Positions 14,231 through 25,059 of a stretch of DNA of 63,131 nt are shown here, one piece after another. Both the position numbers and the translations under genes were made by a program. Source of the DNA: Vermamoeba vermiformis (taxonomy: Eukaryota); the NCBI GenBank assembly GCA_045837725.1, contig JBEWZL010000161.1:1-63131 (forward strand). The letters run 5' to 3'. The stretch's first letter is position 1. Every line of letters begins with the position of its first letter. Under the pieces are notes generated by a model. It made no database searches, was not told the origin of the DNA, and saw only the letters and a list, made by a program, of their open reading frames with translations.

Positions 14231-14510
14231 TTACGACCTTTCAGGGCAAGAAATTAAATATATACCCTGGCAATAATGATGGAAATAATTACAATTAAGA
14301 TACAAATTTTGAGTGGTTTACCAGGTACTTCTCTTTTAAAAGGTCTGTATAGTCATTGAGGTGTAGGTCATTATCGAGATTGGTCAAATGCGAATCCAGC
14401 ATATCTAAGTCCATCGTTGACATTGTTTGTCGTATTTCTTTTAGTTGCCGTTCCAGATTCGCGATTGCTTTGTCGTTCATTTTTTCTATGTTGTTGTCTT
14501 CGCCTTCCAT
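14231..14510 (-). CDS. Small hypothetical coiled-coil protein
   Basis: ATG at 14510, coiled-coil-like IANLERQLKEIRQTM, GT donor at 14321 and AG acceptor at 14267. No recognisable family. Confidence 0.35.
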
Positions 14511-14801
14511 TTTTGCTTGTGATATGATTTGTCACTCTTTCGTAGTAAAATTATCTGGCCTTTTGTCAAAACCAAACCTTTCTTGACACGACGTATGATT
14601 TTCAAATAAAATTCCTGATTTTTCGTACTTCGTGGTGTACGCTGCATAATTATGCTCCAATCAACCAAAACATGGCATTGTTGTTCAGGCAGACACGTGC
14701 ACGACAAAAAGTGGTTTGAAATTTTGCTCTGACTTTTTTAATTCACCTAAGAAAATTGTAGATACCACACTACGCAGAAAATATTTTAATAATACCTGAT
14801 A

Positions 14802-16808
14802 ATGGACTCTCCAAACATTCAAGTACGTTTTACCGATGAGGAACTAGCGCAAAGATTACACGATCAAGAAATGGATAGCTACTTGGCGTCGCAAATGCAA
14901 GCCGAAGCTGATGCTAAAATAGCTAAACAAATAGCTAGTCAAAGAAGTGACGATGAAGGCGCAAAGTCGGATTCAGACAACGAAAGTGAAGAAGAAAAAG
15001 GTCCTCAAAAGAGCGCCACTGCAGGTAAAATATTTTATATATTACGTAGATATCTGTTTTAATATTTGATCGTGAATATTTGCTAATAGAATCAATTTTT
15101 AAATTACTAATTTTTATTTTGTAAATCCAGAAATTGAAGAAGAGCTCGATAAATTCAGCCAAGACATCGAAAAGGGTCTTAAGGATATAGGCACTTCAAT
15201 TACTAGTGTTTGGTCTAAATTCACACAAAAGACGACGCAAGTTTTCGGTCAAGTCAAAACGAAGGTAAAAATTAGACCGCTAGATCCGCTCAAAATTAGC
15301 AATTACGGTTAAATTACGTAATATACTATATATTTGATAATTAAGCGTAATATTCAAACGCTCCGCAAAATCTTTTTCGATCCACTTGCGACTTTTTGAC
15401 TAAATTTCATTCAATTTTTCCAATTTTACATCTCCGTTTATAGCAAGTTAACTGCATTAATGAATTATTCAATTTATATCATTTTATGCATACGAATTAT
15501 TATAATTGTTGAGACTAACCTAAAGCGGAAAATTTTTCGGATTTGCGAAACGCGGAAATTGAATACCCTATTATTACTTTTATAGATTCAGATACTAATA
15601 TTATTTGTACATTTAGGTCGAAGAATCGAGTCAAAAGATTACAGCTCAAGACACTAAAAAGGAGATCAAGAATTTGTTTACTGACTTCAAATCCACTAGC
15701 CAGCAACTCGTTCGCAAATATATTAAAGGTAATACACTTATAATTCATAATATTAATAATTGTAAACGATGCGATTTTGTGTTGGAAATTCGCTTTAGAT
15801 TGAATATTTACTTTTACTGACACGTGCACTTTTCGATAGATAATCCGCACCAAGTATTTGGCCTCACTATTCGCGAAGCATGCAAAGGCCAGCACTCGAT
15901 GCCTTTAGTCGTTGAGCACGCTATTGATATTATTGAAGCTAGAGGTACGTCACTGTTGTAGCCTTAACATACCGATCCACACCGGATCCAATTTCAAACT
16001 TTTGTACCCTCGTTTTTCTTTGTATTACTATTATATAATATTAGTACTTATATATTATGCTTAATAGGTCTCAGAGAGCCTGGTATTTTCAAGTTGAGTG
16101 GTACCTCGCAAACACAACTGACGGAGATCAAGAACTTGTACGATTCAGGCGCAGTCGTTGATTTGTCAATGTACGACGTCAATCTCGTTGCTGAATTGTT
16201 GTTGGCGTATTTCCGTGACTTGCCTGAACAAATCATTCCTAATGACGTTGATGAAATTGGTACGTATTAACTCTCGATCCAGATCTTCTTTCAACACTTC
16301 ATAATCGTCCTTACTTAGTAATAGCAATAATTATATTAAAATACTGTTATCTAGTATAGCGAGTTTAATACTGATTGTAAATGTAGGTCGCGCTGATTAC
16401 GTTGCACGCATTACAAAACTGCGCACGTTGATCCAATCAATTCCTCGTGAAAACAAAGCAGTGTTGAAGCGACTGTGCGGCATGTGGAAGAAATTGTTGG
16501 CGAACTCGGATGAGAATCAATTGTTGGTTGAAGATCTGGTGGATGCGTTTGGCCCTGGACTCGTGAAACATTTCGGATCTGCCGAGTCACACGAAGTCGT
16601 CAAATTTATTGTTGGCAAGTCAGACGAGCTGTTCAGTCTCGTCTATGATCCGAGAAGCCAAACATTGACCTCGAGTGATGGCACTGATGCTCAATCTAAT
16701 AACAACAATGGCAGTCCTCAGAACGGATCCAACAAACCCGGCAATAATCCCAACAAGCGCTTAATTGTTGAAGAGGAAGAAGACACTGAAGAGGTCTTTG
16801 AGATGTAA
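14802..16808 (+). CDS. RhoGAP domain protein
   Basis: QVFGLTI..MPLVVEHAIDIIEARGLREPGIFKLSG, VAELLLAYFRDLPEQII and IPRENKAVLKRL. The usual catalytic arginine of GIFR appears as K (GIFKLSG). Confidence 0.85.
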
Positions 16809-17223
16809 CGAAGATTTACCTAATAAGGAAACGAGTACTTCATTGGGTAAGCGATCGAAGATTTCTTTTTGACACGTGGAATCATATTTTCAACATTTTC
16901 GCGTGTCAAAGAAAGAATTGTTACTTTGTACATAATTAAAATTAATTTATTTAATTATTTCGACTCGCGGCCTAAGTAATTTAAAAGGGTACTAGAGTAA
17001 GTTTGATTGAAAAATGGATCTGACAAGAGCATAGTTGGCTTGCCTTAGTTGGTGATTTTTTACCCCATGTTTACCTCTTCCTGATTTTTTGGTTCTTTTC
17101 TGCTAGATCCGAAAAAATTCAGAAAAATGTCCATAAATCGACATGTTTGATTCATTAACGTTCAATTATTCCAGCGATCTTTAAAGAAACAACCACTTGA
17201 TAAGTTAAACAGACTGTGCACCA

Positions 17224-18095
17224 ATGCCTCCTAAAAAGAAAGCAGATCAGAGCGAATCCCCGAAGAAAACCTCCAAACCACGCGTTTTCTACCCTAACGT
17301 GGTCGAAATCTCTCCTACAAATAAGACAACGTGTTTATCGTGCGATGGAGTGATAGAGAAAGGAGATTTTCGAGTAACTGAAGCAGATGCGACCCGCAAC
17401 TCGCAGTTTGGTGGAGGTGAAGGAGCAAGTCGTGGTTATGGAGTATTTAAATCATATGCACATTTAACCTGCCACGAGGTAATTATTCGGTTGATTAAAA
17501 TATCTATTCAACCAATTTTTTTTCTTGTAATTTACGATTTCAGCTCAGCTGCAATTAATGATGCCCCTACTTAGTATACCTCAAATTTTAGAATTTCAGG
17601 GCTCAATAATTAAAATTAATTTGACGATTTTATTTTCGTTTAGCCTCCTGCTTGGCTTTACCCGCTGAGTGCCGCGTCATTCAAATTCCCCAAGAAGTTG
17701 ACACCAGCCCAGAAAACAAAATTTGAGGAGTGGCTTAGCAATAGAAACGGTAACGAATCCGATCGAAAAAAACTGGCGCGAAAGTACTTACTTCTTGATC
17801 TACTGTAGAAAGAGGAGCAGGAGACGAAGATTACTACATGCGTAATAAGAAGTGGCTGGTGCTCGTTGATTTGGAAGGTGCTAAAGTGTACAGCAAGAAA
17901 AAATTGTCCGTGCCACGAAAGATCGACGGAAAAAAGAAGATAGTCGATGAGGACGATGATGAGTCAGATAGCCCAAAGAAAAAAAGTACTACTAAGAAGA
18001 AAACTGCGGCAACTAAGAAGCGAAAACGCGACGATGAAGACGAGGAAGAAGATGACGAAGAAAAACCACCAAAAAAGAAGCTGAAAGCCAAATAA
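17224..18095 (+). CDS. PARP-type zinc finger protein with a basic/acidic tail
   Basis: VEISPTNKTTCLSCDGVIEKGDFRV...YAHLTC matches the zf-PARP C-x2-C...H-x2-C pattern. K/D/E-rich NLS-like C-terminus. Confidence 0.65.
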
Positions 18096-18276
18096 GGAAC
18101 GTTGGCTTTTACTTTCTATAGAAAGTAAACAAGGGTAGACAATATGTAGGTAAATATTTATTTCGGGCTCGTTACTAAATTTGGATCTTCTGTTACAAAA
18201 ATGTGTTGCTTTTATTTTCTAACTTGTACGTAATCTAATAGGTAACCTCTTGTCATTTGTAATTAGGAACATATAA

Positions 18277-20690
18277 ATGGCGACAAGAGAACAAAATAGG
18301 TCATTAGTCCCAAAATCTCGGATTTCGCGTCGATCAGCAACGTGGATTGCAATTATTATCTTACTCAATATTGAATTGGTATCATCTCAACTGGGCGCAA
18401 CTGAAATAGACGCTCTAAACGACATTAAAGCCTCTATTGTACCAGCAAACCTTTGGGACACATCGAATCCGGACCAGTGCGCCTGGCCTGGCATTTCCTG
18501 CATTATAATATCGAATACTCAATATGTTTTTGAAATGTAAGTCAAACCAAAAGTAATTTCCAAAGGGTTAAACGACTGCGAAAGATGCAACTTAATTTTT
18601 ATTTGTGCGTTTCGAAATTTTGAATTTTTTTAATAAGAGTATTATTATATCGAACGCATTATTTCAATATTGGATCGATAATTTTCATACCTAATTTGGC
18701 TGATTATTTACTAACGTTAACTTTACCTACGCAGAAGTTTGTACTTTGGTACTTCATTTCAAATAGCCATTCCTGCTACGTTTCAAAATTTTGCGAATAT
18801 TAATTCACTCAGTATTGCCAATGCGACGCTTACTGCGCCGTTGCCAAATCTTGGTGCTATGAAAGCGATCCAGTTAACCAACGTATCCAACATCCAGTGG
18901 TCAGCCAGTTCTTCGCTTAGAAATATTAACTTACTATACTGTACTATGGATGCACTACCCGTACTCTCGAATTATCCTAGTCTTCAATACTACATACTTA
19001 TTGGCGGATCTGCTACGAACAACGCGTTCTCGATCACTTGCCCTCAAGGATATGGCTTACTTGTGCTACACATTGCAAGAATAGCTGTTGTTGGATCAAT
19101 TCCTGACCTCACCGGGTGTACTTCAATACAAATTGTAATATTGAGCGATCTGGGTCTGCTGAGCGGCCAACTTCAGTCACTAGCCGTATCGACAGTTTTG
19201 CAACTCACTTACTCTGGCAATCAACTGACTGGAACTATACCACCTGAAATCATAGCACTGAAAACCTTATTCTTTTTGGATCTATCGTACAACAAACTTA
19301 GCGGAACTTTGGATCCGGCAGTCTTTTCAAAACCGGCTTTAGTTGGCTTGAGCTTAGTAGGCAATCAATTTGAGGGCACTATACCTGATACTTTTCAAAC
19401 CTCGGCATTGAGTGCACTCGCCTTGGGAAGCAACAAACTCAACGGAACAATTCCATCGAGCTTGGTTGCTCATCCAAAAACTACGTTGCTTGACTTGCAA
19501 AACAACCAATTGACTGGCACTATCCCGAAATTTGCTGCGATTGGCTTGACAACTTTGAAATTGAACAACAATCAATTTACTGGAACGATCCCGGATATTT
19601 TCTACTCGAATGTGACTTACAGCCAGATCGACTTGAGCAACAATCAGCTTATTGGATCAATACCAGCATCATTATATAGAGCTCAAAATATTACGACTGC
19701 ATTGAGTTTGGCTAACAACACTTTGAGCGGATGCGTCGAAACCGCACAGTACACTGTCCCACAATTATGCGACTTATCGGGCAACTTTTTTTGTTGCAAA
19801 TCTGATACTCCATTGTGCCCGGTAGTAACAAACTGTAAGCGATCATATTGAAGTACTATCCAATCATTTCTAACGAAATTTCATAGGTCGAACATGCCCT
19901 CTGCCAAAACCGACGGAAAATGCCACGTGTATTGTCGATTCAAACGGCAATCCTGTCTGGCTCGTGATTGGTGACCTCATTATTTCAGCGAACAATACAA
20001 ACAGCACTGCCATTCAGAACGGCTATGTTGATGGTAACTTGGTCACGATCACTTCAGTCACCATTGACGGCGTTACTGTGACTGGCAACTTGACCGTAAT
20101 TGGTGATTTGACTGTCAACGCCGGTGTCATTAAAGTGCAAGGGTGTGCTTATGTGAACGGTAATTACGATCTGAATAATAGTGCGGCAAACATGCTGACT
20201 GACACTTGTTGACAGGTTCGTTGACACTTAACTTGACACCTGAAGAGATTGACCAGTTGTCTTTGAACGGAACTATAACACGTGATTTGATTCAATATGA
20301 CGCACTATGCGCTGATTCAACGGTTAAATTTGATACAATTGTCGTTCAAGGAGATGGTAAGTTACTCGATTTTTGATAAAAGCCTAATAATGTATGACAG
20401 TCGATTGCACTGAGTTGACTGGCAAGCAACAGAATTCACCTGGTTTAGTGTCTATCGTTGTGACAGCGTCAAAAATAGATTGCCCGGTTATAACCCCCAA
20501 CGCCCAACCATCGCCTCCAAATCAACTTCCTGATTGGGCAATTGGAGTAATCGTTGGTGGTTCTTGTCTAATTGTCGGAGTTATTATAATGGCAGTGTTA
20601 GTAAGCAGACATCTGAAGTTGAAGAAAAAAGAAAAAGGAATTAATCAGCGGATGGTGTCAGCCTCGACCAGCGTTCCACCTCTGCAATAA
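18277..20690 (+). CDS. Single-pass LRR receptor-like protein with no kinase domain
   Basis: Signal peptide, LRRNT (CAWPGISC), plant-type LxxLxLxxNxLxGxIP repeats, a Cys-rich juxtamembrane region, TM helix WAIGVIVGGSCLIVGVIIMAVLV and a short basic tail. Confidence 0.88.
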
Positions 20691-20865
20691 GAAATTGAAT
20701 AATGATATTAATGTACAGAACGTAATATAGAGAATTATTTTTTTTATGTAAATCGGCAAAGCACTTCGGAGTTTATTTTATTTTCATTATAGAACGTTAG
20801 TTAATTCAACCACAAGACAATCGCATTTCAAAGGAAGTCAAAATAATCACTTAGGATAATCTCAT

Positions 20866-22563
20866 ATGAGCATTTTGGAGCTGCCTAAAGAGATTCTGCA
20901 AGAGATTTGGCGATTTATCGTCGAGATCGAGGATATTCTTCGGTATGCACAATAATGGCTCATATATATTTTTAAATTTACTTTCATATAAATATTCATT
21001 GTTGGTAATATATCCTATTATTTTGATTGTTATTGAAATTTAATATTAATTTTTTCAATATTTTCTCAGGTTTGGAGCGACATGCAAGAAAATGGATTCT
21101 TTGTCATTCACAGTGGATAGGCACATACATTTGACCGAAGATTATCCAATGGAGATTTGGAAAAATATTCTCTCGCGGGATCTGCAGCACGTGCGAACAT
21201 TGTCGTGCGATTATTACTACAGTTCTAGAAAACACTCGGAGGCAATTTGGGTCATCGACAAATTAATACCTCTATCGACATTACGTAACCTCAATGACTT
21301 CAGGTGCCAATTTATAAATATTGGACGATCTGATGAACCAAACTTGGCGCCAAAATTTCTGGATCTGACGCAGACTATCAAAAACATGACCTGGCTTGAG
21401 AATATAGAAGCTTTATTTCCTTTACCAAATAATTGCAATATTGGCGAGTTATTTAAAGATCACTCGATATTGACAAAGTTAGCGGTAATCTTTGGTGAAG
21501 GTAATACCTAGTTAAAACCAAAAATTTATATTTAATATTAATAGATTAATTTAATTAGGTATCGGCTATAATACACTTACTCAAATCAAATCATTGGAAG
21601 TTTCATACTGTGAAATTACCCCGAAAGTTTTTCAACAAATCGTTTCGTTAGATAATTTGACCGAGCTAGATCTATCCGAGACATGTGGAATGGAAGCGGA
21701 ATTATATCAATTATCGAAATTGACTAATTTGGAAGTGATCCATTTGAACGGCTTGGCAACCGTTATAGATCTGAAAATACTAGAGTCTTTGCCAAAATTG
21801 GACAAGTTATTGATCGATTCAGGAGAAGAAGAGTACATGGTCGAGCAAATTTCAATCGAAGATTTAAACAGATTGACACGATTAAAGCATTTGGACATTT
21901 ATGGCGGCAAGAATTTCTCGGATCTTGATCCGACAAGAATCGCCAATCTGACCAATCTAGAATATTTATGTTTCGAGATGAAAGTAAACGGCAAATATGG
22001 ATCTTTTGCAGATTTTTCAGTGTTCGAAAGATTAACAGCGCTGGAGATCTTTGATGCTTCGGATGTGAAGCACATCCACCTTCCACACAGATTGAAACAC
22101 CTAACAATACGAGAATTACAATACGAGGATGCTATGAATCATATATGTCAAGTTGATAGTATCAAATCATTGTCTCTCTACTGGTGGGGTGAATCTGCGG
22201 AATCGCTGATCCAGATCAGCCGATTGACGAACCTCCGCAACATTTCATTAACATTTTCTCAGAAACTAGAAGGTAAATTTTCCCAAGCAGTCTAGTGACA
22301 TTCTCAAATACGTATTTAAGTTTAAAAAAAAATCGATCGGATCTGACACTAATTTTTCAGGGCAAGTTCTCCCTCACTTGACAGGCCTACATCGTCTACA
22401 ATCAATGAATATAGATATTATAAGTACATTGCAAGATGTTGATGCACTTAAACAATTAACGCAGCTTCAGCAATTGACCATTAGTAAAGTCTCTCGAAAC
22501 TGTCCATTGACACTGCGCGAAATTCGTCAACAACTGCCTTTTGTAGTATTTAAATATAGATAA
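20866..22563 (+). CDS. F-box/LRR protein
   Basis: MSILELPKEILQEIWRFI is an F-box start, followed by many LxxLxxLxL repeats over 4 exons. Confidence 0.8.
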
Positions 22564-22603
22564 CATTCACATTTCAAAACTTTATACCTAGATCCACCGG
22601 ATT

Positions 22604-22710
22604 ATGAATGCATTACCAGAAGAGATTCTTCCAGTACAGACATTTGGCCGACAGCGGAAGTCGCAACGATGACACACATCGTTGTGAGGAAACTTGAAAG
22701 AAGTTATTCA
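22604..22710 (+). pseudogene. F-box gene relic
   Basis: ATG AAT GCA TTA CCA GAA GAG ATT CTT encodes MNALPEEIL (F-box start like the upstream gene), then the frame decays. Confidence 0.35.
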
Positions 22711-22770
22711 GTTTTGAGACGTCAAATGTCAGTTAGCTGGTCTTAAATAAACCGAAAAATTTATAAAACG

Positions 22771-24920
22771 AGCAATTATTCTACGTAAGTAAACGAAACA
22801 ATTAACAAAGATTGCCGTATTTAATCAAAATAACGTCTTGTATCTATTTCGCTAGCTTTGCGCTAACGAGTATCGCGAGGCAGAGACTCAACAGAGTGCT
22901 TGGGCGGTAGATTTCACCAGCACTCGTGAGGCCATTGTTGTTGCGTGGAGTTGCAGTACTTGGAGCGATGGCTGTTTGAGGTTGATTCGGATTAATTGAT
23001 GGGCTACTTGATGAGCACACTACAGTCACTGATTGCAACACGGATTCTGCACCAAATCGTTGGATCTCAAAGTCGACTTGAACGGTGTCGGTACTAACAT
23101 TGGAATAATTATGAACAACTGTCGTTATCATTGACGCACAATCTGATTGCGTTGTGGTGCACACCTGGTTTGCATCAAAGTCGTTCATGTTGCATGAGTC
23201 CACCAGGGCATATTGAGAGCACGTGTAGTTTAGTGGTTCAAAAAGACAACGAGGAACAGAGTGAATGACTTTGTTGCCGTCAATAAGCAAATTTTTGTCG
23301 GTCAAAGTCATTGACAAGCCGAAATAGAGCTGGTTGATAGAGCCAGATATCAAGCCAACAACCGACCACGTGCCTTGACGTCGTTGAATCACAGCGACTC
23401 TGCCAGTCTCGTTGCTTTTTTGCTCAAAGAGTGGTGCGGAGACCAAAACGGTGTCTTGGCCAATAGGCAGAATGTCGTAGCCAAAGCCTCCCTGTGTTAA
23501 GCCAACGTCTGAATCATTCGTTGGCGTCAACGTCTTCCGAGAACCATTTGCAGCAATAATGTACGTGTAGAGGAAGGTTGAAGCACTCGAAAAAATGGTA
23601 TCGTTCCCGTTCCAAGCCAGATCGTTGATGCCAAACAAACGGGTTGAGCCGTTAAATGAAGTGTTAAGGGTCCAAGTCCAATCTAACCCTTCATAGATGT
23701 TTATCTTGCCCGTTAGAGAGGTTTCTTGGCTGAAGGCGATTAACGTAGTGTCAGTAAAGTGAAACACTGGCTTCCATCGTCGAAGGGCCAAACCAGAGGT
23801 AGATCCAAATTGCAAGTTTTCCTTGAACGTGAAATTTCCAACGAGCGTCCATTGCAAGTTGACTAGTGCAAAGTGATATATTGATGCTGGTCTTGGAGCA
23901 AATGTTGAGCTAAAAGAACTGAAGGCAGCCAGAAATCCATCGGACAAAAATCGGACAAATTCGATGGTAGAGCCATTGATGTTTGGCTGCTGAATGTTGC
24001 TGATTGAACCATTATCTTCCACCTTGAAAATGATCAAAGTCGATGGAGCTATTCCGAGTTTGTCAAAGTACGATGTTGCGACCCATCTTCCATTCGTATC
24101 AACATCGGAATAAAACGACGTGGAGTTGGAGGGCAAGTTGAACGTAGCAAATGAATCAAATCCACCTGTCTGGTTTTGTTTCAGAACTTGGATTTGACCA
24201 GGATTGTTCATAATGGAAACCAGCCAATCATTGACGACTCGGATCGTTCCTCCAGCGTAGCTGCTGATGGAACTTGCCAAGTCGATCGCCGTGTTAATTT
24301 GAGCTTCAACGATCTAGTCATGTACAACGGATCAATAACAAAAAAATCAGTAAAAAGATATTTTTTCTGCATACCGGCAATGAGCCATTGACTGTCAAAA
24401 CAGGCATTTGCGCATGTGTCACCGAGACTAGGGCAACAGCGATACATAATGCTGTTATGATGCGGTTCATGATTGTGTTGTTCAGTGAACTTGCAAGTAT
24501 CGTATCGAATTTGTGCAAATTTTTGACTCTAATCATGTACCCGAGGTATCTGATTTTCCGAGAAATTCTTTCGCAAAATAAGCAAGTGCAAAGCCTGTCA
24601 CGTGTCACAAAGTAACCGGACTCATTTTGGTGGTCAGATTCTTTCACCTATCGTACTTTTTTATGTTTATACTTACATATATGATATTCATGACTATTCA
24701 TTGGTGCTTATGAAGTATCAGAATTCGCGCAAAGATTCGGGGCAACTTGACTAAACGAAAGATCCGGACACGAACTCTGCCAGCATGTGAGCCAATAATG
24801 CTCGTACATTTGTATTCATGATCACCTGAAAAAGATATTATCTATTGATTTATACAGCGAAGAAGTCTGATCCGTTCTTTGCCGTCGGATGTCGTCATCA
24901 AAATCTTGCGCTATCAATCT
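22771..24920. repeat. Arm 1 of a ~2.15 kb inverted duplication (partner 58360-60540)
   Basis: The reverse complement aligns by eye with 58360-60540, including upstream and downstream non-coding DNA and the intron position. Confidence 0.92.
22844..24470 (-). CDS. Secreted/GPI-anchored beta-propeller-like surface protein, copy 1
   Basis: Signal peptide MNRIITALCIAVALVSVTHAQ, one intron 24314-24374, FG-GAP-like FGYDI...VLVSAP motif, Cys-rich domain, stalk and GPI-like C-terminus. Confidence 0.85.
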
Positions 24921-25059
24921 CGGTGATAATAATTACTCAACAATTTTACGGTTTTGAATAAGTAACGATAAAATATGAGAAAATTTTGTATGGTGTGGTT
25001 TCGATCTGGCTCTAGCAATTAAATTGTCATGGACCTATTTACAGTATTTTTCATACCGT

